64,000 bases of DNA from Pelagomonas calceolata (lineage: Eukaryota): assembly GCA_918797485.1 (NCBI GenBank), contig CAKKNE010000004.1:744001-808000 (forward strand), read 5' to 3'. The translations under genes were made by a program, and so were the position numbers. The notes beneath the pieces were generated by a model. The model was given only the letters and a program-made list of their open reading frames with translations. It was not told where the DNA came from and did no database searches. This document shows, in pieces, positions 1-10,900 of the stretch (its first letter is position 1; each line of letters starts with the position of its first letter).

Positions 1-131
1 TTACCTTTTCTCACTGGTTCCCCCACGTGCATCCATCAACACCAAAACACAAAAATACGGATCCAACCGTACAAAGAGACGCGGAGACGCCTCTGTCCTC
101 TTCAGGACGCGCAAATCCAGCAGACGCGCGT

Positions 132-737
132 TTACCGCGCCGTCACCGCGGCGGGACGAAATCCTGAGTCAGACGGCACCAACTGGCCGGCGTCATCATC
201 GGCCGCCGGCGCCGGTGCAGCTGCAGGTGGGGCGGCCGTGACGTCGGGCGCGCTCGGCGGCGGCGGCGGCAGGCTCTGGAGGCTGTCGAGTGGCGGTGCG
301 ATGACTTGTTGCGGTGACGGCGGTAGCGCCGCTAAGCCCGCGGCCCTGAGTTTTCTCCACTTCACCTCGACGCCGTTCGCCGTCCGGCCTGTCCCCAGCC
401 GCGCGGCGATGGTCGCCCACGCGTCGTTTCCGAGCTCGCCGACGAGCGTTCGTAGGCTCGTTTCCTCTTCGTGCGTCCAGCGCGGCGGCCGCGTCGTCGC
501 GAGCGACGGCTCAGTCGGCGGGAAGCGCGGCGGCGGCGCGTCGGCCGTCGGGGCTCCAGGCCCTATCGTCTGCTGCTTCACGCGGCGCTTCTTCGGCGGC
601 GCGGCGTCGGCTACGGGTGCTGGGGGATCGGCCTCGGCGGTCGTCGCCGGCTCGGTGACCGTCGCCGCCGGCGCGGCCGCGGGCTCTGTGTCTTCCATCG
701 TGGGCGGTCCGGCCGACGCAGCGGGCTCGGTCGACAT
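132..737 (-). CDS. Single Myb/SANT-domain protein
   Basis: RWTHEEETSLRTLVGELGNDAWATIAARLGTGRTANGVEVKWRKL has the three spaced Trp of a Myb repeat; flanks are Ala/Pro-rich; ATG at 737. Confidence 0.75.
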   Translation of the reverse strand: MSTEPAASAGPPTMEDTEPAAAPAATVTEPATTAEADPPAPVADAAPPKKRRVKQQTIGPGAPTADAPPPRFPPTEPSLATTRPPRWTHEEETSLRTLVGELGNDAWATIAARLGTGRTANGVEVKWRKLRAAGLAALPPSPQQVIAPPLDSLQSLPPPPPSAPDVTAAPPAAAPAPAADDDAGQLVPSDSGFRPAAVTAR

Positions 738-1053
738 CACTAATAACAGAGCGAGTAAAGCGCGCGCGCTCGGCTAGCTGAAAGCGCTCGCTGGCGAGCT
801 TGAGCTCTTAGAGCTCTCTGATCTGATCAATGGTTTGCGAGACGCCTGGCTGTCGCCGAGGGTCGCTAGGAGATTTCGAGCGTGCCAACTATACTCGGCG
901 TGGGTGAAAGGACGTGACGAGCTACGCGCGTCGTTTTTTGCGGCTGTAAAACCCGTTTTGATCTTCGTTCCTCACTTATCAGGACGGGCGCTTCATTCCA
1001 CACGAGTGACTATAATTCACAATAATTACATGGGGGTGCCCACGAGGCAGCCG

Positions 1054-3988
1054 TCACCAGTCGCCGCTGAGCCCGAGCGCGCTCGCGACGGCCCGCCGCG
1101 ACCGCAGCTGCTTCGGGTGGCCCGCCAAGTGGTAGTAGTAGTCCAGGTGCCCTTTCAATTCCCCGACGTCCGCACGGCGCGTCGCCGAAATCCGCACGTC
1201 GCGCGACGCCCTCGTCATGACCTCCCGCGGCGCGCCGCAGGTCTTCTCGAGGAACCCGAGCAGCTTCGCGCGCGCCTGCTCGATCTCCGCCTCGTCCGCT
1301 TGGGACGGCGCGACGGACGGCGGCGTCGCGTCGTCACTGGCGTTGGCCTCGTCGTCGCTCGCCGCGGTGTCGCCCTCGAGTCTGACGGAAACGCCGTCGC
1401 GCGCGAGCTCCAGGCACTTCTCGAGGTAGCCCACCAAACTCGCCATCGAGCGGATGTACTTTTTGCAGCCGCGCGCGTGCGAGTTGTCCGCGCCCCACGC
1501 ATCCAAGTAGCAGGGCCACGCCGGCGGCACCGAGATCACGCATCGCGTGCCGTTGAGCGGCAGGCTGCCGGTCCACGTGAAGCCGCGGGCCGCGATCGCC
1601 GGCCGGACGTCCTCGAGGCTCACGCGCTCCGCGCCGTCCTCGAGGGCCCGGACCTCTCTCAATAATGAACGTACGTCGGCGGCCCAGGCCACGGGCGCCG
1701 CGCCGACGCCTTGCCGCGCCATGAGCTTGCGCAGCTGCGCGCCCGTCATGGCCTCCAGAGCGGCATCGGCCGGCGGCGTCGGCGACCGAGCCCTCTTCCG
1801 CGGCGGCCGCGGCGACGAGGAAGAGGACCGCGGCAGCGCGTCGCGCGCGAGCGACAGCGCCGTCGGCTCGCGGAGGCGCCCGCCCTTGTTCTGCTCGCCG
1901 CGCAGCGCGCGCTGGGACACCGTGAACTCGCCGCGCAAGCGCTTTACTAATGAAGGCGGCAGCTCCGCGTCGTGCGGCAGATCATTTAAAGCCTGGGCCC
2001 AGGCCTCGAGGTGGCGCACGACGGACCCCGCGTCCACCAGTCTTCGGGAGACGTCGTCGAGGTCGTCGCGGAAGGCCCAGAACCTGTGTGGAAATCAAAG
2101 TTCGGGCGCCCGACGCCATCGACGCGACTTCGTCCCCGTGACCGCGATAACCTAACTCACTGATTGATTTCCACACAGCCCAGGACGCGTCTCCATAATC
2201 AATCCAGAGCGTCTCGCCCTTTTCTATTCTTCTCAAAGCCACGACACACGCTCCTTCGCCCGACGCCTGGAACCTAACATTCGGCCAGATCTCGTCGTCC
2301 GGCGAACTTCTAGCCGGCCCGAAGGCGTCGTTGATGAAGCAGACGGGGTTCGTCTCCGGGTCCACGAACGGCAACAGCACGATGTCGTCGTCGACTGAAA
2401 TCAAGAACCGCCAGAACGCCATCTGATCTTTTGGCGCGAGCTTCGTGGCCGTGGCGAGCTCGTTGGCCTTTCCGAGGATGCCGCTGTACGGGGCGCTTTC
2501 GCCCGCCTCGATCCTCTCCGCGGCAATCACCTCCAAATCATCTTCGCCGCCCCACGACGCCGCCATGGGTCGTACGGTCAACTTGTCCCGCAACGTACCG
2601 TCGGCGACGTCTACACTTTCGAAGTTTCTGTCCGCCCCGTAGATCCCGGGCGGCACACATCTCGAGGGCCACGTTTCTGGTCGAGGTGGCCGCTTCGGCG
2701 CGGCACCCAACGCCCCCAGGACGTGCGCCGCTCTCCTCCGAACAGTACTCACGACGTCGCCGCGCTCCCGCGTGTGCAACGCGCCGGGCAGCGCGTCGAC
2801 GAAGGCCGCCACGGCGTCCCGACAGCTCTCGACGGCGTCAACTGCAAAAACGTCAAAGGCCACTGCTCTAGCCACCGACGACCGCGCCAGGGCCTCCGAC
2901 GCGTCTCCTAGAGCATGGCGCAGCACTAAAGCATCGGCGACAACTCTCGCCGCGGCTCGATCATTTGCATCGATGCTCACCTCCGGTCCCAGCGAAGGCC
3001 TTCTGAGGAGTCGTTTCGCCGACGCCGTCCGCGCCAGGGCCTTGCCCGGCTCCGTTTCCAGTAAAACCCAGGTCGGCCGATCATTCGTAGATTCTTCGCA
3101 GAGGGCCTTGAGGAAGCGCTCGTTGCCCGCGATCCGCGCGACTTTCACAGCAGACAAGCCGTCGGCCTGTTCTTCATGCACTAGAGCGTCGCACTTCTCC
3201 ACCAACGTCTTGGCGGTTGTAGTCAGTTCAGATCTACAAGCACACAGCAATAATAGGGAGGTAGCGGTCGGCCGCAATTGCGCGCCCCACGACTCGCAAA
3301 TTTGATCGACTTTTTTCGCGTCCCTCGTAGGCTTAAAAGAAGACGACGAGATGAGCACTCGAAGTTCGCCGGCGGCCTCGGATAAAGTCCTCCCTTGGCT
3401 CTTCGCCTGAACATCCACTTCTTTGGCGAGAGCGGACAGGAGTCGCGCCTCGACGCCGCCCTCGGCGTCGCCGTCGTCGTAGGCCACATCATACGTGCCG
3501 TCGTGGCGCTGGGCCACTACTGTGGCAGCGTATCTTTTCCGGCCGCCCTGGTACCTTGCTGCTACTCTATCCCCAGGTGAAAATTCGAAGGTGACTACTT
3601 GTGGTGCTTTGGCGGCTTCCAATCTAGGTCGTATGTATTTCGAGGAGACGTCGGTCTCCGTGTAGCCGTCATCATAAGCGACATCATATAGAGATGCGCT
3701 GTGGACCTTATCAATCGTACCGGGGTAGAACGTCCGCCACCCTCTGAATCTAGCGTCTACTTTATCGCCCACTCGAAATGGCTTCGGCGGCTTCAAGAGC
3801 TTCGCCGGCAAATTCTTCTCCGCGTAGCCGTCGTCGTAGTCCACATCATAAGTGAGGTCATCATTCATCCGAGACACCGTCGCGGGGAAGTACTGCTCCC
3901 AGTCGCGGAAGAAGCACTCGACGCGGTCGCCTTCGCTGAAGGACGCGGGTGGGGCCGTCTTGCGTTTCTTCGGGGGGGCGGCGGCCAT
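1054..3988 (-). CDS. Chromatin protein: three Tudor/Agenet-like repeats + SET-like domain + C-terminal MBD-like motif; exons 3988-2187 and 2083-1054
   Basis: Three GDRV..F/Y.ATV..YDVxYDDG repeats. SET motifs CFINDA..PNV..VALRRIEKGETLWIDYG. Removing intron 2084-2186 joins ORFs 1982..3988 and 1054..2037 in frame and gives IDYGDAFWAFRDD. C-terminus DYYYHLAGHPKQLRSRRAV resembles an MBD. Confidence 0.75.
2084..2186 (-). mobile_element. Introner-like transposon intron (best-preserved copy)
   Basis: Perfect 15-bp TIR ctgtgtggaaatcaa (2084-2098) / ttgatttccacacag (2164-2178). 8-bp TSD cccagaac (2076-2083) / cccaggac (2179-2186). GT donor comes from the TSD copy, AG acceptor from the TIR. Confidence 0.9.
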
Positions 3989-4311
3989 AATGGCGGTCGG
4001 TCGTCGCTCCGCGTCCGGTCGCGGCGCGCGTGCTGAGAATGGAACAGCAAGCGGATTGGTTCCTCGCCTGCTACGGCTCTTGCGCAGCTATTCGTAACGT
4101 GTGCTGCGTGCCGCGTCCGTGCGGTCCGGCTCCGCGGGATGACAGTAGCAGGCGCTGATTGGCTTCTACGGCTCGTGCGATTCTCCGCACGGCGGTTGTA
4201 TTGCTGTGGGAGCTACCGACGCAGCTATATCGCTGCTTTCGCGAGTCCTCAGACTGCCTGGTCGAGTCGTGTGCGAGTCGTGTGCGCTTCCGCGACGCGC
4301 TATTTCGTGGA

Positions 4312-4334
4312 GCTAGCGTCTTGTAAGCCACTAG
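4312..4334. promoter_or_regulatory. CTAG-bounded upstream motif, copy 1
   Basis: gctagcgtcttgtaagccactag in the divergent gap between the genes starting at 3988(-) and 4395(+). Confidence 0.5.
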
Positions 4335-4394
4335 AAACATATAAGCCAACATATCACGGCGCCGCGACCCCCAAAACGCCTCACACAGACTAAA

Positions 4395-5525
4395 ATGATC
4401 CTCACAACATGCGCCGCCTGCGCCGCCCCACTGGCCCACGACGCGCCGCGTTGCGTTAGATGTTGGACCCGCTACTGTGACTCGACGTGCCAACATGACC
4501 ACTGGCGCCGCGGCCACAAGCAGATGTGTAAGAAAATACACCGCGGCGGCAACGCGGAGCAATACCACGCCGACAAAAAATACAAGGAGGCCGTCGCGGT
4601 CGCGGTCGAGAAATGCGCCGACGACACCAAAGGCCAGACGTGCTACATCTGTACGCAGGCCCTCCACTGGAAAACGAAGGAGGGTCTCGTGCGCGGTTGC
4701 TCGTGCCGGGGGACGGCGGGCTTCGCGCACGTGTCGTGCCTGGTGGAGCAGGCGAAGATTTTGTGCAACGAGGCCGAGGAGAACAATTTGATCGGCACTA
4801 AGAGGTTTGATGAGAAGTGGGCGCGGTGGTACTCGTGTAGCCTGTGCGAGCAACAATACCACGGCGTCGTGTTTTGCGCGCTCGGGTGGGCGTGCTGGAA
4901 GACGTACGTGGGCCGGCCGGAGACGGAGTGGCCTCGACTGGGTGCGATGAGCGTGCTTGGGAACGGCTTGTTCGTTGAAGATCACCACGAGGACGCGTTG
5001 GTCGTGCGAGAGGCCGAGTTGGCTATGAAGCGGCGCGTTGGCGCGTCGGAAGACAGCCTGCTCGTCGCGCAGTTCAATCTTGCGAACTCGTACCAAATGC
5101 TCGGACGGCTCGAAGAGGCCTTGCGTATGCGTGGAGACGTATACTCCGGACGTTTGGAGCTCAACGGCGGGGAACATAAACACACTCTCTCAGCGGCCAA
5201 CAACTACGCGAATATGTTAGTTCATCTAGAGCGCTTCGATGAAGCCAAGTCGCTGTTGATAAAGACGATACCCGTGGCGCGACGCGTTCTCGGAATTAGT
5301 AATGACATCACGCTCAAGATGAGGTGGCTTTACGCGCAGTCACTCTACAAGGACCCTGGCGCCACGCTCGACGATCTCCGCGAGGCCGTGACGACAGGCG
5401 AGGATATGATACGGATCGCGCGGCGCCTGCTCGGTGGCGCACACCCGACCACAACGGGAATTGAGTACAGCCTGGAAAAGTCGCGAGCCGCGCTCCACGC
5501 CCGCGAGACGCTGCCGGGGAGCTAG
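4395..5525 (+). CDS. MYND zinc finger + RING-CH(RINGv)-like + TPR-repeat protein
   Basis: CAAC..CVRC..YCDSTCQHDHW..HKQMC (MYND); CYIC..GCSCRGTAGFAHVSCL..CSLC (RINGv); NLANSY/NNYANML kinesin-light-chain-type TPRs. Confidence 0.85.
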   Translation: MILTTCAACAAPLAHDAPRCVRCWTRYCDSTCQHDHWRRGHKQMCKKIHRGGNAEQYHADKKYKEAVAVAVEKCADDTKGQTCYICTQALHWKTKEGLVRGCSCRGTAGFAHVSCLVEQAKILCNEAEENNLIGTKRFDEKWARWYSCSLCEQQYHGVVFCALGWACWKTYVGRPETEWPRLGAMSVLGNGLFVEDHHEDALVVREAELAMKRRVGASEDSLLVAQFNLANSYQMLGRLEEALRMRGDVYSGRLELNGGEHKHTLSAANNYANMLVHLERFDEAKSLLIKTIPVARRVLGISNDITLKMRWLYAQSLYKDPGATLDDLREAVTTGEDMIRIARRLLGGAHPTTTGIEYSLEKSRAALHARETLPGS

Positions 5526-5533
5526 TCATAACA

Positions 5534-7366
5534 CTAACACTTATACGCCACGAAGCCGCCGCGCCCCAGCTCGGCGCAGAGCGCGGCGAGGACCTCGCTC
5601 TCGGACCGCGCCACGATGACGCGAGCCCGGTTCCGGAGCGCCGCCGCGGCGCCGACGGCCGAATCGACCACAACGAGATCCACCGGTTCGCGATGCATGA
5701 GCGCCCGGGCGTCTTCCTTGATAAGAACGGCGCCGTTGCGCGCCCGGTAGCGCGCCAGCACGTCGTCATTCCCATCGAGCAATACGATGGTCGGCGCTCG
5801 ACACGAATCACAATAAGCGTCATCCAGCGCCTTCAATGCAACAATCCACCCGTCATCTTCACCCGAAGCGTCGAAGCGACAGTCCCAGGTCGCCGAAAAC
5901 AATCCTCTAGCTCGCGCCTCGGACAGCAGTTCGTTCTGCAATCTCACATTTCGAAAGGCGTGCGCCTCGGAGTTCAGACCCTCTAGCTCCGACTGCGGGG
6001 CGACCAAAGGCTGGTTGCGGATCTGGTCCGCGAGTTCAGTACCAGCTAAACCTAGGACGACGCGCGGGACACGCGCCGAATCGAGCACGGACGATATCCA
6101 ATCATCGTCCACAAACACGCTCCCGCCGGGCCAATCAGCAAAATCCACTAATCGCCTCAAGTCGAAGAAGCCGCTCCGGTAGGCCACGCCCAGCAAGCCT
6201 CCCAACACGTGGACCTCGACGTCCCTATCTGTAGAAGCAGCATCCGTATATAATAAATTCTCATGGGAGTAGTAGCCGTAGTCCCTCTCCTCGAGGACGT
6301 GGTCCCAGGTCCGCGGGTCGCATTTATCTTTGTCACTGGTATTCGTAGGTGGGAGCCAGTAGCCCTTCATGCCGATAGCCGCGTCCGGTCGTTGCAGAGC
6401 TGCCTGATACAGGTGCTCTATTAGCGTAGAAGGATAATCTAGATCGTCGTCGACCGTGACGATGATCGTGCGCGGGTCCGTCTCCACAGATAACGTCGGG
6501 ATGAGCTTCGTGGCCGGGCCCCAATCTACCTGGGTCCGCAATATCACGACGCGGCCGGCGTCGGCCTCCTCGTACAAATCTGAGGGTATCTCGTAGGCTC
6601 CTTTGCCCCTTAGTGATGTGTACGGGACCACCACATATATGGCGTCCGGTTGTCGCGTTTGTTTATACAGAAACCGCAATTGATCTTTTAGAAAGGTGAT
6701 GCGGCCTGGGAGCGTCGAGAGGGACACTACTAACCGTTGGGGCCTTTCTGCAGAATGGTCTCCTAGCAACTCGCGCCGTAGTTTCACAGCGAGATCATGT
6801 GCGGTAAACGCTCGTCGCCGACAGAACCAGGCGCTGCAGAAGGCCGACGCAGCTCTCCCGAGCGGCTCGCCCACGCCATCCAACGCTTTCGAGGGGTACG
6901 CCGTCGCGTTCACCAGCGCGTGGTCGAAATGGACGAAGGGTACGCGGCCATGTTCCGTAATGATGTCAACCGCTATCTCTGGTGTTGCGACGGCATCCCC
7001 AATCAAAGGTAAGAGCACTTCGCCGGGGCAGTGCGGCGGCACGAGCTGCTGGGCCCGGTCCCGCCACGGTCCGGGCGGCACGACGCCTCCTCTCACTCGT
7101 AGCAGCTTCTCGCTCGGCAACGGATACCGCGCGCCCTTCTCGACCAGCTCCTCGGCGAGCATCTCGCCGCAGGCCATGTTTTCCACCGACACTGTGAGGT
7201 TGTGTCTGACGCAGAATTCGTGTGCCGCTCTGCGAGGATCGTCGTGGCGACTGGCGCGCAGCTCCTGCATCTTGCCATTCACCTCCACTTCCACGACTAA
7301 TTCCGGGGCGGCGCGCGCGCCGGCGATGACGAGGAGGACGAGGCCGCGCATCACCGCTTGTGTCAT
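5534..7366 (-). CDS. Secretory-pathway GT-A fold glycosyltransferase-like protein
   Basis: N-terminal signal; LVVSLSTLPGRI, DWGPATKLIP, IIVTVDDD (DxD), FVDDDWIS motifs. Confidence 0.7.
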   Translation of the reverse strand: MTQAVMRGLVLLVIAGARAAPELVVEVEVNGKMQELRASRHDDPRRAAHEFCVRHNLTVSVENMACGEMLAEELVEKGARYPLPSEKLLRVRGGVVPPGPWRDRAQQLVPPHCPGEVLLPLIGDAVATPEIAVDIITEHGRVPFVHFDHALVNATAYPSKALDGVGEPLGRAASAFCSAWFCRRRAFTAHDLAVKLRRELLGDHSAERPQRLVVSLSTLPGRITFLKDQLRFLYKQTRQPDAIYVVVPYTSLRGKGAYEIPSDLYEEADAGRVVILRTQVDWGPATKLIPTLSVETDPRTIIVTVDDDLDYPSTLIEHLYQAALQRPDAAIGMKGYWLPPTNTSDKDKCDPRTWDHVLEERDYGYYSHENLLYTDAASTDRDVEVHVLGGLLGVAYRSGFFDLRRLVDFADWPGGSVFVDDDWISSVLDSARVPRVVLGLAGTELADQIRNQPLVAPQSELEGLNSEAHAFRNVRLQNELLSEARARGLFSATWDCRFDASGEDDGWIVALKALDDAYCDSCRAPTIVLLDGNDDVLARYRARNGAVLIKEDARALMHREPVDLVVVDSAVGAAAALRNRARVIVARSESEVLAALCAELGRGGFVAYKC

Positions 7367-7629
7367 GGGCTGCCCCCTCTCTGCTGTTGTCTTTCCTGCG
7401 ATGCCGTGGCGCAGTGGCTCGCCCGTACCACGGAAGTGTAAAGGGATCTATGCGTCCCGTGCGTGACTAGCCCAGGCGTCTCGTCATCGTCGCGGCTGCA
7501 GCGCTTTGCACACCCCATCCTGCCAAAAAGCTGGCAGAGTGGTCGCGATGGAGTGTCCGCGGCGCGCACGAGTGCGTCCGCGACGTCGTTGGATGGTTCG
7601 CGACCGGTCTATCGACGCTTGCTTTTTTG

Positions 7630-7652
7630 CTAGTGTCTTACAGGACGCTAGC
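7630..7652. promoter_or_regulatory. CTAG-bounded upstream motif, copy 2
   Basis: ctagtgtcttacaggacgctagc in the divergent gap 7366(-)/7976(+). Confidence 0.55.
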
Positions 7653-7975
7653 TAGCTTGGTCACCGTCGCCGGCGCCGCGATTGGAGCCCCTGTGTCACA
7701 CAGGACAGCCTCAGTCTCGACGCGTTTGCTACGACAGCCGCTGAACACGAACAGCCGCTCGCAGGGACGCGGAGCTGCTTAGTAGGAGCGACAACACAGG
7801 CAGCAGGAGACCGCCACACAGGAGCGGCGGCCGCGTAGCAGCCGCAGCAAGAGCGTTTTCACGGGCCTCCGTCGAGCCCGCAAACGCCAGCGAATCACTC
7901 GACGTCGCGCCCGCGATTTTAGAACCCGTCGCGCGGCGAGCGTGACTGTTCGCGTTCACCCGCAGCGCGAGAACG

Positions 7976-10900
7976 ATGGCGCGCGGCCGCCGCGGCGGCA
8001 CGCGCGTGACAAGACGGAAGGCGTCGGAGGCCGAGAGCGACGCGCCGGCGCCGGCGCCCGCGAACGACTCGAGCGACGACGACGACGTCCCGATTAGCCA
8101 ATTGCAGGCGCAAGCGACGGAGACGAAAAGCGATTCCGATGATGACGTGCCGATCGGCAAGATGGCGCCCAAAGCTTCTCCAAAGAAGAAGAAGACCGGT
8201 TCGAGGCGCGGCGGCGCCGACGCGAAGGCCGCAAGGGCGAGGAGGGCCAAGAAGGCGGAGGACGAAGCGCCGGAAGATGAGCCGGCCGTGGACCCCTTCG
8301 CGCCGACGGCGCGCGCGCCGGCTCCTGCTCCCGCGGTGGAGAAGCCGCTGCCGTTCGGCGCGGCCCCGCCCGCGTTCGGCGCTGATGCAAAGAAGAAGGA
8401 GAAGAAGAAGCGAAGTCGTAGTAGGAGTCGCGGGCGGCGACGGGGTCGCGACGACCGGAGGCGGCAGCACCGCGAGAACGACGCGCGCGAATTACGACAG
8501 GCCGTGGAGAGGTTCGTGTCGTCGTATCGCCTAGATCCCATGGCGGCGCAGCGCATGCGGGGCCTGTCGAAGCCGGCGCAGCGCTGCGTGTTGCGGGAGG
8601 GGCCGTTGGATGGAAGGAACGTGTCGGCCGTGTTGATGTCCCGCATCGGGCGGTTGCCCGACCAAAAGACGCTCAAGCGGGACTTTCCCACGCCGTCGCC
8701 GTCGCGCTCGCGCGGGCGGCGGCGGTCGCGCAGCTCCTCGTCCTCTAGTAGAAGTTCCTCGTCCTCTCGGTCGCGGAGCCCGTCGCGCTCGCGGTCGCCG
8801 TCCAAGTCCAAGAAGGACAAGAAGAGCTCCTCGGATGATAAGAAGAAGAAGGGCTCCTCCGACGACAAGAAGAGCTCCAAGGACGACAAGAAGAAGCGGT
8901 CCCGCTCGCGGTCGCGGTCCCGCTCGCGCGGCCGGAGGCGGCGCAAGTCGCCGAGCCGCTCGTCCTCCTCCTCGAGCGAGTCGAGCGGCGCGCGACGCCG
9001 CCGGAAGCGCCGCAAGAAGAAGGAGGAGGCGAAGAAGAAGAAGGGCTCCATGTGGGACAAGGCGCCCTCCACCGACGCGCTCACGGCGATGCTCGGGGGC
9101 CAGCTGCCCGGCATGACCGTCAGTTCGGCGGCCGCCGAGGCGATGCAGAAGAGCCTCGAGAACCCCCTGCCGCCGAAGCACCCGTTGTCTACCATGAGGC
9201 AGAACCGCGTGCTGGATTTGTACATCGGCAATTTGATTGCCGGCACGGCCATCGAGCCCGTGAAGGAGTGGCTGGAAGGCCTGGTCACTGCGGTGCGCGA
9301 GTCGTTGCCGCCCGAATCGCCCGGTAGAATACTGCTAGCGGAGTCGCCCGACGGCCAGTTCGAGTCGTATATTCGGTCAGGTAAAGTCGCTGCGCCGGAG
9401 GGCGAAGTGTCGGGACGCACGCGAACGGACCACGCGTTTATTGAGTGTCGGGACGCGGCGGTGGCCGCGTTACTAGCTCGCTTAAGCGGTGTGCGGGCCC
9501 AAGGCCTGGCTTCCGGAGACAGAGGTGTTCGCATCAGTCGACCGAAGGGCTACGCTCCTCTACCGGGCGGCGACCCGTTCCCCGTCGCCGTGCCCGTCGA
9601 ACTCCTAGATGCGTTGGGCGTCGATCCAGATAATAATCCAAGAAATGCGGACGGGACCACTCTCACAGCGGCTCAGATGTCAGCAGTCACGGGTCAGAAG
9701 CGAGGCGGCATCCCGCCCGGAGACTATGTCTGTCGACGGTGCGGCATCCCCGGCCACTACGTCCAGGACTGCCCTACCATCGGTCTGGGGATTGCTGGTC
9801 TCGGACACCCGCCACCAGGGTACGTCTGCAAGAAGTGCGGGGTCGGTGGGCATTTCATTCAAGATTGCCCGACGAAGCAACTGGAGGCCGCGGCGCAGTA
9901 CTTAGCGACGCAGGGGCAAGGTGCGGATGCGGAGACGCTCCAGGCGATCGTCGAGGCTCAAGCGAAGGCGAAGCTCGATGCGGCCCGCAAGGCCGCGGAG
10001 GACATGCTCGAGGCGCAGCGGGCGAAGCAGCAGGCTCTCGCCGGCCAAGCGGACACGGCGGAGGCGCGTCGAGCTCAAACTGCTCATTTAGGAGCGCCGG
10101 GGCCTCCTGCGCTGATGGCCGCGCCCGGTGCACAACCGGGGGCGCCGCCGCCGCCGATGGGCCGCGGGAGAGGTGTCGATAACAGACCCGCGTGGATGAA
10201 GGAGCAAGCTCCACCAGTAGAACAGCAGGGCCCGCCGCCGCCCGCGCCGACGACGCGCAAGGAAGCGCGATACCGAGCAGCGTTAGATGCGGGACATATT
10301 AGTCGAGACGCGTACGACAGAGCCGTCGCCGAGCCCGACACGGACAAACCGGAGGAGGCAGAGAAGGTCGCCCAGAAACCGGGCAGTCTGGTGGATCGCG
10401 TCGTGCGCGTGACCAAGGGCTCCCACGACAAAAAGTTGAGCGGTTCATTGGGCATGGTCGAGGCCTGGGATAGTCGAGCGGCGCGCTACGAAGTTAGGGT
10501 GATTGGGAAGAAGAAGCGCGTCGCGCTCATGGCGGGCCACCTGGAGGCCATTGATGATGAGGCGATCATAGCAGACGTGAAGCAGCAGCTCGCGGCCAAG
10601 GCGGCGGCGAAGGAAGCTGAAGCGGAGGCGCCGGCGCCTCCAGTGGCGCAGCAGCCGCCGCCGCCGGGCGCGCCGCCTCAGATGATGCCGCCGCCGGGCG
10701 CGCCGGGCGCGCCGCCGCCGATGATGCAGCAGCCACCGATGCCCCAGTACGGCGCGCCGCCGCCGCAGCGCGACTACCGGACGCCGATGCCGCCGCAATA
10801 CCAGCAGGCGCCGCCGCAGTTCGGCGGGCCGCCTCCTCCGGGCCAGTTCCCGCCCTACGGCGGGCCGCCGCCCCCGGGCGCGTACGGCGGGCCGCCGCCG

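Noticed and set aside
1982..2186. C-terminus of the 668-aa ORF (WAVWKSISELG...)
   Set aside because: Read-through of the introner intron, not true protein sequence.
7729..9534. 601-aa antisense ORF (also 53033-54880, 4071-5183, 20018-20977)
   Set aside because: Shadow ORFs opposite well-supported genes; expected at this GC content and codon bias.
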